Positions 19,801 through 28,396 of a stretch of 64,000 bases of DNA are shown piece after piece (position 1 is the stretch's first letter; every line of letters begins with the position of its first letter). The stretch lies in the IMG/VR virus record IMGVR_UViG_3300020473_000015. The stretch is one strand, 5' to 3'. The notes under the pieces were generated by a model. It had not been told where the DNA came from. It saw only the letters and a program-made list of their open reading frames with translations, and searched no databases. This stretch comes from a virus. Both the position numbers and the translations under genes were made by a program.

Positions 19801-20305
19801 GTTGAACAGTTTGGTGGATGATAGATTCACAGGGCTTAAACACTTTTGGTCTGCTGCTGTCGTGGATCGCCCAAAGAATCTTAAGAAGTTTGAAGAGAAC
19901 ATAGAGTTATATTCTCCAGAGGGCGACTTCAATGATGAAGAAAAGATTAATAATCTAGTCTCTCTTACTGGGGTGTTTCCTATGGATTTAGTCTTAGACA
20001 ATTCTGTGATGCAAAGATTGGATCATTACAAAGTTCCTCCAATTGGAGAGTGGGATAATGATTTGGGAGTTGCATGGTTTATTCCGAGAGAAGTAATTTC
20101 GAAAAAGACAAAGAATGGTAAAACATATTGGATTCTGAAAGTAATTGATAATACTTCTACAGTTACTTCAATTAAATGCTGGGGCGTAGACCCACAACGA
20201 GATGAAATATATATTAACCATCCATATATGAGCAAGCTGGATTACGACGAACAATGGGGGTTCAGCACGCGATCAATTAAATACAATTTTAGAATGTTAG
20301 CATAA
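16880..20305 (+). CDS. dnaE: DNA polymerase III alpha subunit
   Basis: PHP LHAHS and LTDHG, GRGSAAGS, PDIDYD, FNKSHAVSY, C-terminal OB fold. Confidence 0.95.
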   Translation: MKSKIPFVGLHAHSGVGSPFDGLGYPQEHMDYAYENGCDALALTDHGNMNGMAYQVLHAKKMQSEGKNFKPIFGVEAYFLPSLSEWKEEYEKAKEDKKAKRGLDASRSATTIEDEGSSKTAVKNILNRRRHLILLAQNQTGLNNIFKMVSKSFSKESFYRFPRVDYKMLKKHNEGVIAASACLGGVYAGDYWENRDNGRDAVLSAMNKTTEKMIDIFGDRWYGEIQWNNIPEQHELNKYIIQTSGKYGFQLISTADSHYPSAQAWKDRELYKRLGWLGKGGMPSWMTSELPDGVEEIGYELYPKNGDQMWESYKRYSKECGFEYDDDLVMASIKETYNIAHNRIEAFLPDNTVRLPDFVVPAGFTASQALSQLCFEGLRSLNLQTNETYTDRLKEELEVVEDRGFSKYFLTMNAVVDKANSVQITGPGRGSAAGSLIAYVLGITQIDPIKYNLLFSRFMRRDAQDYPDIDYDVSDPMELKEMLIEEWGGDKVVPISNFNTLQLRSLVKDISKFYQIPFTEVNGVTSKMLKEATPLAKKKHGIKSGVYTPTFEEVMEFSESLKQFLNKYPHVANHINVLYGQMRSVSRHAGGVVIGEDLNKYMPLINSGGVTQTPWSEGQNVRHLEPMGFIKFDILGLSTLKMIEGAIGHILKRHHGVDSPTFKDVKRYYDEYLHPEKIDLNDQKVYENIFHKGKWAGIFQFTENGAQKFCRKAKPRNIIDVAAITSIYRPGPLGADVDKLYVKAKKNPEDIVYEHDHVKDLTEETYGFLIFQEQIALLAHRLGKDLSLDEGNKLRKLLTKKGTGAVAKQKNKIKLKFVAGCVEKGLSKSWAEKMWKKFEYFSGYGFNKSHAVSYSIISYQCAWLFNYYPAEWMAAFLDKEPETRKEKAINLAQKFKFKIDPIDVNRSGTVWEIAEDNKTLIQPLTSLKGLGEKAIEQIIDNRPFSAIEEFLFNENIVYSKLNKKALDVLSRSGALNSLVDDRFTGLKHFWSAAVVDRPKNLKKFEENIELYSPEGDFNDEEKINNLVSLTGVFPMDLVLDNSVMQRLDHYKVPPIGEWDNDLGVAWFIPREVISKKTKNGKTYWILKVIDNTSTVTSIKCWGVDPQRDEIYINHPYMSKLDYDEQWGFSTRSIKYNFRMLA

Positions 20306-20314
20306 GGAGAAGCT

Positions 20315-20782
20315 ATGAATTTAAAAGTATATAAAATTAGACCAGAGGCACGATTGCCACTTAGAGCACACAAAACAGACGCAGGGATGGACTTATTTTA
20401 TTGTCCGAATGGAGAAAGAAGCGATATTGTTGAGAGGGATGGATTAGCTATATGCCCTCGTGAATCAAAGCTTGTGCCAACGGGCCTAAAAATTGAGGTT
20501 CCCTACGGTAACATGTTAGAAATTAAGAACAAGTCGGGCATTGCCTCAAAGAGAAAACTAATTACTGGAGCATGTGTTGTAGATCCCGGCTATGATGGAG
20601 AAGTTTATGTTAACCTTCACAACATTGGTTTACATACTCAATATATCAAACCAGGGGATAAAATAGCACAGGCAGTATTAATTCCTATCATACACTGTGG
20701 CATAGAAGAAGTTATGCTTGATGCTCTAAACGAAGGTTCAACACGTGGAAGCGGTGGGTTTGGTAGTACAGGAGACAGATAA
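20315..20782 (+). CDS. dut: dUTPase
   Basis: DAGMDL, KSG, VVDPGYDGE, RGSGGFGSTG. Confidence 0.95.
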   Translation: MNLKVYKIRPEARLPLRAHKTDAGMDLFYCPNGERSDIVERDGLAICPRESKLVPTGLKIEVPYGNMLEIKNKSGIASKRKLITGACVVDPGYDGEVYVNLHNIGLHTQYIKPGDKIAQAVLIPIIHCGIEEVMLDALNEGSTRGSGGFGSTGDR

Positions 20783-20783
20783 A

Positions 20784-21647
20784 ATGAGTTTGAGATATAT
20801 TTTGAGAAAAGGCGATAAAGGCCAAGAGGTTAAAAGATTACAGGGGTGCCTATTAACAGGTAAAGATGGGGATTTTGGCCCAAAAACTGAAAAGGCACTA
20901 AAGGACTACCAAAAAGAAAATGGATTAACTGTGGATGGCATTGCTGGACCACAGACTTTTGGTCATATGGGCATTGAAGTGCTTGCAGGTATTGATGTTA
21001 GCGCATGGAATGGGAAAATCAACTGGAAGGAAGTTGCTGATGCTGGCGTTAAGTATGTTTGGATAAAGGCCACAGAAGGACAGACACACACTAATCGAGG
21101 CCACAAAGAAAAGTTTGCTGGCGCTAGAGACGCTGGGTTAATTGTAGGTGGGTATCACTTTGGACGTCCAGACTATAATAATCATTCCGATCCAATGGTA
21201 GATGCTGAACGCGAAGCGCATCATTTTCTAAAAGTGATGGAAAAGGTTGGTTTAAATAAAGGTGATTTATTGCCGACCTTAGATGTAGAGAAGGGCATGA
21301 AAACAGATGATCAATATAATGTTGATTGGTCTCTTCGCTGGCTAGAAGTTGTTGAAAAAGAAGTTGGCGCTGGCAATAAGCCAGTAATCTATACTGCGAA
21401 ATGGGCGTGGGATCTGTTTTTAGCTAAGGCAGACAAAGAAAGCCTTAATACACTTATTGACTATCCAGTTTGGTGGGCACGCTATATTCGTAAAGACCAT
21501 CTTGTAGGACCAGGAAATAAATTGAGAGGCTGGAAAGAGTGGGATGTGTGGCAATATACGGGTCACGGTAGCTGCCCCGGCGTTAAAGGGCGTTGCGACT
21601 TAAATTGGATGGCTGGTGGCCAGTTAGAAGAAATGAGGGTATCTTGA
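20784..21647 (+). CDS. endolysin: PG-binding domain + GH25 muramidase
   Basis: DGDFGPKTEKALKDYQ..VDGIAGP; GIDVSAWNG, IKATEG, LDVE, WQYT. Confidence 0.9.
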   Translation: MSLRYILRKGDKGQEVKRLQGCLLTGKDGDFGPKTEKALKDYQKENGLTVDGIAGPQTFGHMGIEVLAGIDVSAWNGKINWKEVADAGVKYVWIKATEGQTHTNRGHKEKFAGARDAGLIVGGYHFGRPDYNNHSDPMVDAEREAHHFLKVMEKVGLNKGDLLPTLDVEKGMKTDDQYNVDWSLRWLEVVEKEVGAGNKPVIYTAKWAWDLFLAKADKESLNTLIDYPVWWARYIRKDHLVGPGNKLRGWKEWDVWQYTGHGSCPGVKGRCDLNWMAGGQLEEMRVS

Positions 21648-21952
21648 GTATAGAAAGAAAACTTAGAAGAGCGCAAGCTAAAAAATCTAAAAAAAATGCT
21701 GAGAAAGAAATGGCAACAAAAGTTGCTTTATTTGGAAAACTTCCTTCAAATTGCTTGACATGTGAAAAACCTTTTGATAAGATGGATAAACAACAGGTAA
21801 TGTCTTGGAGCGTAGTTGTGCGACAAGAAGAAGAAAAAGTTAATCTTTATTGTCCCGAATGCTGGGAGAGAGCTAGAAATCTTGTTGAGGATTTACAAAA
21901 GAGAATAGAGAGGAAGAATGACGGACCAAATAAACAAACCGAAACATTATAA
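21644..21952 (+). CDS. hypothetical Zn-binding protein
   Basis: CLTC ... CPEC; TTG start inferred. Confidence 0.6.
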   Translation: MSIERKLRRAQAKKSKKNAEKEMATKVALFGKLPSNCLTCEKPFDKMDKQQVMSWSVVVRQEEEKVNLYCPECWERARNLVEDLQKRIERKNDGPNKQTETL

Positions 21953-22163
21953 TTTTAATTGGAAGGGTGAACAAGCCATTGAAACATACGACTACATTCG
22001 TTCTTGGAAGATGGACTATCCAGAAAGTAATATTATAAAATACGTGACTAGGCACCCTTATAAGGGGAAATCTCTTGAAGATTTAAAAAAGGCGCGCTGG
22101 TATCTCAATCGCCTGATTGAAGAAGTTGAAAAAACAAAAGGAGGATCATGCGAGAAGCACTAA
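21918..22163 (+). CDS. DUF3310 (SaV / T7 gp1.7-like) protein
   Basis: INKPKHY..NIIKYVTR..K..EDLKKARWYL. Confidence 0.8.
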   Translation: MTDQINKPKHYNFNWKGEQAIETYDYIRSWKMDYPESNIIKYVTRHPYKGKSLEDLKKARWYLNRLIEEVEKTKGGSCEKH

Positions 22164-23191
22164 CATACGATGATGTTTTATTAGTACCTAAATATTCAGA
22201 TATTGAAAGCAGAAAAGAAGTTGACATTGGAAATAATATGGATGAACACATACGTTTGAGTTTACCAATTATTTCATCTCCGATGGATACTGTTACCGAG
22301 AGTGAAATGGCACATGAAATGGCAAATCACGGCGGTTTGGGAGTTATACATCGCTATAACAGTATATCAGAGCAATCTGGCTTGGTTCGGGAGTTGTACG
22401 ATTCCATTTCTTCAAGCTGTGGAGGTACACCAAATATTGCCTTTGCAGTAGGAATAACTGGTGATTATCTTGAGAGAACTTATGGTGGTTGGGAAAATGG
22501 CGCAAACATTGTTTGTATAGATGTTGCTCACGGCCACCACTTAATGATGAAGAAGGCGATTGAAAAAATAAAAGTGGAGTTTGGTCCAAAATTACATATT
22601 ATGGCAGGAAACGTTGCAACTTTAGAGGGCTTTAATGATTTAGCTGATTGGGGTGCAGACAGCATTAGATGTAACATTGGTGGTGGGTCGATCTGTTCAA
22701 CGAGAATTCAAACAGGGCATGGCATGCCCGGATTACAAACAATATTTGATTGTGCATTGTCCGACCGAGATGTAAAGATTATTGCAGACGGTGGAATTCG
22801 CTCTGGCGGCGATATAGTTAAGGCTTTTGCTGCTGGCGCTGATTTTGTGATGGTTGGCTCCTTGCTGGCTGGAACTGATGAAACACCAGGAGAAGTTGTA
22901 TATACTGGACCCGCACATTTAGGTGGAAAACAAAAAGTTTATCGAGGCATGGCATCAAAGGATGCACAAATGCAGTGGCGTGGAAGATATTCTTCCAACG
23001 AAGGGGTTGCAACATATGTGGATTATAAAGGGCCAGTTGGGAAAATTTTAGATGGTCTTAAAAATTCAATCGCATCAGGGCTTTCCTATTCTGGCGCTAG
23101 AAGTTTAGAAGAATTAAGAACTAGAGCGGATTTTGTCCGTCAAACAAACGCTGGCTTAGGTGAAAGTCACACACATATTTTGAGGCGATAA
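22148..23191 (+). CDS. guaB: IMP dehydrogenase / GMP reductase family, no CBS domain
   Basis: SSPMDTVT, DVAHGH, GSICSTR, IADGGI, YRGMAS; IMPDH vs GMPR not resolved. Confidence 0.85.
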   Translation: MREALTYDDVLLVPKYSDIESRKEVDIGNNMDEHIRLSLPIISSPMDTVTESEMAHEMANHGGLGVIHRYNSISEQSGLVRELYDSISSSCGGTPNIAFAVGITGDYLERTYGGWENGANIVCIDVAHGHHLMMKKAIEKIKVEFGPKLHIMAGNVATLEGFNDLADWGADSIRCNIGGGSICSTRIQTGHGMPGLQTIFDCALSDRDVKIIADGGIRSGGDIVKAFAAGADFVMVGSLLAGTDETPGEVVYTGPAHLGGKQKVYRGMASKDAQMQWRGRYSSNEGVATYVDYKGPVGKILDGLKNSIASGLSYSGARSLEELRTRADFVRQTNAGLGESHTHILRR

Positions 23192-23517
23192 TGTCAGAAT
23201 ACGGCAGTGATAGAAAACAGATTTGCTTTGATAGTGTTACAAAGTTGCATGCCGACCTTAAGATAAGACTGCATCATGATAATATAAAGATAAGAGAATT
23301 TTTTAATGAAATCATAAAAGCATATATCGAAAGAAACGAGCATGTAATAAGCTTTGTAGAAGAGTTGAAAGAAAAAAAGAAAATATCTAAAAATATTAGA
23401 AACAAGAACACTAAAATGTCACAAAAGCAAACACAAACAATTAAGCAATTTGGCTTAGATGAGAAAGATATTGAGGACATATTTGATATAATGGAAAAGG
23501 AGCATCCAGATTTATGA
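23191..23517 (+). CDS. hypothetical protein
   Basis: ORF coupled to neighbours. Confidence 0.65.
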   Translation: MSEYGSDRKQICFDSVTKLHADLKIRLHHDNIKIREFFNEIIKAYIERNEHVISFVEELKEKKKISKNIRNKNTKMSQKQTQTIKQFGLDEKDIEDIFDIMEKEHPDL

Positions 23518-23753
23518 AGAAATGTTTAGAAAATTGTATAAAAAAGGATAAAAAATGCGGTCAGACTGATTGTCGAGTTTGGATTGATTATGAGAAAGAT
23601 TTGAACTGTTCTCTGCTCTCAGTTAAGAAACACGGCGCAATGACTTTAGAAGAGACGGCAAAGCGATTAAACTTGAGTATTGTGAGGGTGAAACAACTTC
23701 AAGACCGCGCCTTACAAAAATTACAAAAAAACAGACGTTTAAAGGGTCTGTAA
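23514..23753 (+). CDS. stand-alone sigma70 region-4 HTH protein with Cys-rich N-terminus
   Basis: MTLEETAKRLNLSIVRVKQLQDRALQKL. Confidence 0.75.
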   Translation: MKKCLENCIKKDKKCGQTDCRVWIDYEKDLNCSLLSVKKHGAMTLEETAKRLNLSIVRVKQLQDRALQKLQKNRRLKGL

Positions 23754-23762
23754 CTATTTATT
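23753..23762 (+). promoter_or_regulatory. candidate phage late-promoter motif
   Basis: ACTATTTATT upstream of 23814. Confidence 0.45.
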
Positions 23763-23813
23763 AAAGAATACGCCAGAAGTACTGGCATTATATCATAAAC
23801 AAGGAGATTTTCC

Positions 23814-24440
23814 ATGAGTGAGAACAAGAACTTATTGAAAGAAGGTACAGTTCGCCGCTTTATGAAATTGGCCGGTACACAGGCAATTGCGAGCGACTTT
23901 TTACAAGAGACATATTACAACCGAGACGAAGAAGGGGTTTTAGAGGAAGCACCAGAAGACGAAGTTGAAGGCGAAGAGGAATTAGATGTGGAAGCTGAAG
24001 CTCCCGCTGAAGATCTCCCTGAAGAGCCACTCGGAGCAGAACTAGAGGACGCTGAAGCAGATGAAGGTGCTGATGAACTAGAGGGTTCTGTCGAAGCATT
24101 TGCACGCGATGTTTTAGAGGTATTTAAAGATGTCGCTGACAAACATGGCGTTGACGTAGAAGTCGAAGAGATGGAAGAACCAGAAGAGATTGAGGTTGGC
24201 GAAATGGAAGTTGCCCCAGAAGAGGCTGGTGAAGAAGGTGAACTAGGCCCAGAAGAAGACGTTGAAGATGAAGAGGAGGCTTTGGAACTCGCTGAAATTA
24301 ACTATGTTGATGAAGAAGCACTTATGGAAACTGTCTATAAGCGAGTTGCTAGTCGCCTTATCAAAGAAAAGCGTTCTGATAAGATGGCTGATCTTTTGGC
24401 AGAGAAAATTAGCAAGCGATTAGCTAAAAAGTCGCGATAA
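23814..24440 (+). CDS. highly acidic protein, possible prohead core/scaffold
   Basis: NLLKEG start; Glu-rich central region. Confidence 0.5.
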   Translation: MSENKNLLKEGTVRRFMKLAGTQAIASDFLQETYYNRDEEGVLEEAPEDEVEGEEELDVEAEAPAEDLPEEPLGAELEDAEADEGADELEGSVEAFARDVLEVFKDVADKHGVDVEVEEMEEPEEIEVGEMEVAPEEAGEEGELGPEEDVEDEEEALELAEINYVDEEALMETVYKRVASRLIKEKRSDKMADLLAEKISKRLAKKSR

Positions 24441-24468
24441 TAATATTATTAACATTTTGAGGTTATAA

Positions 24469-24846
24469 ATGTATGAGTTGGTATGGTTTATAGGTGGAGC
24501 TTTCACCTACAGGTTGCTTTCAAGACTTCTTGCTTTAACTCAGGCAGCTATGGTTTTTAAAAATATTGAAGCAAATATTTTAGTTATTCTTGCTGCACTA
24601 GCTGAAGACATGTCATACATCAAAAATCTTAGATACAAATCAATGCAAGAGGCAAACGTTGATATCGAGCACATAAAGAAAAACCGCGCATCAGACGAGG
24701 AATTTTTTGAAGCGTGGAAAGCATCTTGTATTCGCAATATTCATACTTCAGTCCCTAATTATATTAAGCCCTCATTTTCTAGTTGGAGTGAGGGGATGGA
24801 TATAATAAGTGATTTTTACAGGGACCGAAAAAATGAAAGAAAATAA
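24469..24846 (+). CDS. hypothetical membrane-anchored protein
   Basis: hydrophobic N-terminus. Confidence 0.6.
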   Translation: MYELVWFIGGAFTYRLLSRLLALTQAAMVFKNIEANILVILAALAEDMSYIKNLRYKSMQEANVDIEHIKKNRASDEEFFEAWKASCIRNIHTSVPNYIKPSFSSWSEGMDIISDFYRDRKNERK

Positions 24847-25135
24847 AAAAAGCAATATTTTAAAATGGTTCATAAAAGAGGGTGCTTTACGTCAAGAGGG
24901 TAATGTTTATTACGCACCTCGCGCATTTACAGCAAACTCTATAATAAGTTGGGCCAAACAAAAAGCACCCACCCTAAAGCAAGATGAGATAGAATATATT
25001 ATGAAAACAATCAGGCTTTTTTTACAAAAAAAGCTTGACTTAAAGTGGGAAGGTGATAGTATAGAGATATTGTCAAAAATTGTTGACAATCCGCATATGG
25101 AAGAATCACAGATTCAAACAAAAGGTGTCAAATGA
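24833..25135 (+). CDS. hypothetical protein
   Basis: start taken at MKENKK. Confidence 0.6.
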   Translation: MKENKKSNILKWFIKEGALRQEGNVYYAPRAFTANSIISWAKQKAPTLKQDEIEYIMKTIRLFLQKKLDLKWEGDSIEILSKIVDNPHMEESQIQTKGVK

Positions 25136-25809
25136 ATTACTCAAAAACAAAAACAAAAACAAAAGCCAAAGAAGAAAAACCACAGGAGGATTCTCTTGCA
25201 TCTTCACCAATAATTTTACTGAATACATCAAAAGATGAAAATCCTAAATTGAGAATGGTTGGTCTCTTTGGTGATTTGGTAGAGGAAAAAGTAAGTGATT
25301 TAGTTCAAGGGCTCATGGCTCTTAAAGAATATGATATAGAAGAAGAGCGCGAAGATCCAGAAGATCCAGAATCTCCTGTGAGAGCCTTGATCTATAAGCC
25401 AATTAATTTTAATATTTCAACATGGGGTGGTTGCGCTCGTGGCATGTTTGCTGTTTATGATACCATGCGCCATGTTAGGGAATATTGTGACATAGTGACA
25501 TATGGATTAGGAAAAGTCATGTCTGCTGGCGTATTGCTTTTAGCTGCTGGCACCAAAGGTCAAAGAAAAATTGGTAAGAATTGTCGAGTCATGATACACA
25601 GCGTGAGAGCCGATCAGTGGGGCGCAATTCATAATCTTGAAAACGAATTTGAGGAAACAAAATGGCTCCAAGAGCAACACATCAACGCTCTTGTTGCAGA
25701 GTCAGATATGTCAAAGAAACATTTGAAAAAACTTTTAGACAGAAAAGTAAATGTTTATCTCACCGCCAAAGAAGCGGTTGAATATGGCATCGCAGATATA
25801 ATCGTTTAA
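25132..25809 (+). CDS. clpP: ClpP-like serine protease
   Basis: ISTWGG, GKVMSAG (catalytic Ser), VMIH, YLTAKEAVEYGIAD. Confidence 0.85.
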   Translation: MNYSKTKTKTKAKEEKPQEDSLASSPIILLNTSKDENPKLRMVGLFGDLVEEKVSDLVQGLMALKEYDIEEEREDPEDPESPVRALIYKPINFNISTWGGCARGMFAVYDTMRHVREYCDIVTYGLGKVMSAGVLLLAAGTKGQRKIGKNCRVMIHSVRADQWGAIHNLENEFEETKWLQEQHINALVAESDMSKKHLKKLLDRKVNVYLTAKEAVEYGIADIIV

Positions 25810-25825
25810 AAAAAGGGAGAAAATC

Positions 25826-26719
25826 ATGGGCTGGAGACACAATCTTTATAATAAAAGATCGGCTAAGAAATATAATTGGGATCCCAGTTGGTTTGAGTCG
25901 GATGATTTTGATGACAATCTTGTAGAAAAGATAAAAGACTTTCAGATGCGCCACGATTTAGACCAAGATGGATTTTGTGGCCCAATGACGTATCGAAGAA
26001 TCCTTTCAGAAAGAGAAGCCCTGGGTGAAGACCTACAGGATGATGGTAAAAAATATATTATTTGTGACGGCGATAAGATTCCCATAGAATGGGATAAGGT
26101 CAGTAATATATATGATGTTAAAAACTACGCACTGCCAAAGGGCTGTTATCGTCGGTGGAAACCTAATAAAAGAAATATTAAAATGATTATTACACACTTT
26201 GATGTGTGTCTTTCCGCAGCGTCTTGTAAAAGGGTGTTGCAGAAAAAGGGCATATCCAGTCACTTTGTTATTGACAATGATGGCACTATATGTCAAATGG
26301 TAGATCCTCAACATGAAGGATGGCATGCTGGTAAAAGGGCAGTCAATAGAGCTTCGATTGGGGTTGATATATCTAACGGCTATTATACAAAATACCAATC
26401 ATGGTATAGGAAAAGGGGATTTGGAAGCCGACCAGTATTAAATGATGTTGTGGTACATGGGAAGAAGTTAAAAGAATGCTTGGGCTTTTATCCAATTCAA
26501 ATAGAGGCTTATAAAACTTTAGTCAAGACCCTTTGTAAATATTATGGAATTCCGCTAGATATGCCGACAGATGTTGACGGAAAAGTATTGCGCGCCGTTA
26601 GCACACCAGTGCTGAAAGGCAAATTTGAAGGTATTGCCAACCACTTTCATGTAACAAAAGGAAAAATTGATACGGCGAATTTGGATTGGGACAAGGTATT
26701 GAAAGAACTTAAGGACTAA
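25826..26719 (+). CDS. PG-binding domain + N-acetylmuramoyl-L-alanine amidase (Amidase_2)
   Basis: KDFQ..DGFCGPMT; ITH, SSHFVID, WHAG, SIGVDI, NHFH. Confidence 0.8.
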   Translation: MGWRHNLYNKRSAKKYNWDPSWFESDDFDDNLVEKIKDFQMRHDLDQDGFCGPMTYRRILSEREALGEDLQDDGKKYIICDGDKIPIEWDKVSNIYDVKNYALPKGCYRRWKPNKRNIKMIITHFDVCLSAASCKRVLQKKGISSHFVIDNDGTICQMVDPQHEGWHAGKRAVNRASIGVDISNGYYTKYQSWYRKRGFGSRPVLNDVVVHGKKLKECLGFYPIQIEAYKTLVKTLCKYYGIPLDMPTDVDGKVLRAVSTPVLKGKFEGIANHFHVTKGKIDTANLDWDKVLKELKD

Positions 26720-26724
26720 TTATA
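26715..26724 (+). promoter_or_regulatory. candidate phage late-promoter motif
   Basis: ACTAATTATA upstream of 26728. Confidence 0.4.
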
Positions 26725-26727
26725 ATT

Positions 26728-28341
26728 ATGGTTGATATAAATAAATTGGTAGACGCATATTATACCCCACAAGAATTAGATTTAAATACTCTTGTGAGGC
26801 TTATTCAAGAACAGATGACGGGCTTGCAGCCACTAAACGAGAGAGCAACAAAGCCTCAAGTTTTAAGTTGGTCTTCAATTCCCGAGATTCCAGTTTCTGA
26901 GATTGGGTGGTCGCAATTAGACACGACAGAAGGGGGTGAAGAAATTCCATCGGAGCAGCGATCCCAATTGCAGAACTTTTTAAATAATATTGGCGGCGAT
27001 GATTTACAATCTAAATTGCGATCACTCAATGAATTTTATGAAGGTGATGATGAGACGTTCGCACGAATGATTGATGGTGATGCAGGGGCTACAATTTCAC
27101 GAGTAATGTCTTACTTGGTGTTTTATAAGACCCTTACTACAATTATTACAAACTTTAATGCTTCATCTGCTGGATTTTCTTTTGAATCTTTCTTGGGCGT
27201 TCTTTTGGGAGGCCAACAAGTCCCTACAGGCGAAGGCACAATTGCAGACTTGAGAACGGGTGATGGCACTCCAATTAGTTTGAAATTATATTCTGAGACA
27301 AGCGTTGAGGTTGGAGGAAGTTACACCGACTTGGTTAACGACCTTACAGCAGAAGATTCTCGTGGTATGCAATATGTTGTTGTCACAAAAAGTCTAGAAG
27401 GCAAAGACCTTCAAAAGAAAGGAAGGTTAGATTTTTATAGATTTAATTTTAATTTAAGTAATGTTGTCGATATTCTTGCGTTATCAAATGTTAAGCAAAA
27501 CATTCGCCTGATAGAACTCCCAGTCGAGTTTATTAAAGATCCAACAATTGATTATAATGAAGGATTACCGGCAGTTGCGTCGGGAGTTTCTGTTGAAGAG
27601 TTGGAATCCATGTTTGCTGATGGGGTCAGAAAGATAATCGGAGATGATGCAAAGGCTGAAAAACTTTTGCAAGCTCTGGATTGGGCCAATAGCGACGTTA
27701 TTTTTACATCCATAAGCGGCAAGAGAATTCCTGGTCAATCTTCATTAATGCAGAGACCATTAAGGAACCTCGTGATGGATTTGGCTACATCTGCGGAGGG
27801 AGAAGAAGGTTTATATCCCGTCGAAAACGTACCAAAGATTGTCGCTGGCCTTAATATGATTAATAATCAAGTTAAGCAATACCGATCTCAGGCTGGTGAA
27901 AGAAGAAAAGAGTCTCTTGGCAAACTTCAATTTGCAAGCGCAAAGGAGTCTTTTAATTTTTACAGAAACGCTAATGAAGAAACGCGCCGACGCGCTTTAA
28001 AAAATAGTAGAGGGTATTTATTTAGAGATGATTTTAAATTAAATAAAACAAATGTCAAACAAGTAGGTTCGCTCTCTGCTAGTGCTATACCAGAAGGCCA
28101 AGATGGTGTTTATATTGGTTCTATCCGTATTGGTGTAGCCAATGTGCAGCAAATGCTAACTAAAGTTACGGCAGCGGTTAACGAAAAAGTATTTGAAATC
28201 TTCAACAACGTAAAAGTTCTCACCACTAATATTCAAGCATATTTTGCTGGCGGTCTAAAAGAAGATACTCAAGCAGACACTGCAATTGGCGCAGCACAAA
28301 ACATTGAAACAAAGACCGAAGAAATAAAATCTGAAAAATAG
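26728..28341 (+). CDS. hypothetical protein with possible PD-(D/E)xK-like nuclease motif
   Basis: AGFSFESFL..IAD..ISLKL. Confidence 0.45.
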   Translation: MVDINKLVDAYYTPQELDLNTLVRLIQEQMTGLQPLNERATKPQVLSWSSIPEIPVSEIGWSQLDTTEGGEEIPSEQRSQLQNFLNNIGGDDLQSKLRSLNEFYEGDDETFARMIDGDAGATISRVMSYLVFYKTLTTIITNFNASSAGFSFESFLGVLLGGQQVPTGEGTIADLRTGDGTPISLKLYSETSVEVGGSYTDLVNDLTAEDSRGMQYVVVTKSLEGKDLQKKGRLDFYRFNFNLSNVVDILALSNVKQNIRLIELPVEFIKDPTIDYNEGLPAVASGVSVEELESMFADGVRKIIGDDAKAEKLLQALDWANSDVIFTSISGKRIPGQSSLMQRPLRNLVMDLATSAEGEEGLYPVENVPKIVAGLNMINNQVKQYRSQAGERRKESLGKLQFASAKESFNFYRNANEETRRRALKNSRGYLFRDDFKLNKTNVKQVGSLSASAIPEGQDGVYIGSIRIGVANVQQMLTKVTAAVNEKVFEIFNNVKVLTTNIQAYFAGGLKEDTQADTAIGAAQNIETKTEEIKSEK

Positions 28342-28342
28342 C

Positions 28343-28371
28343 TTGACAATTCCTGTATAATACATTATAGT
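28343..28371 (+). promoter_or_regulatory. sigma70-type promoter of groEL
   Basis: TTGACA-17-TATAGT. Confidence 0.7.
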
Positions 28372-28396
28372 TTAAGAAGTCGATATCGGAGGATAA

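Noticed and set aside
9196-20305. Inteins or introns in helicase, RNR, ThyX or DnaE
   Set aside because: Lengths are typical, with no C/S...HN splice motifs or frame breaks noticed.
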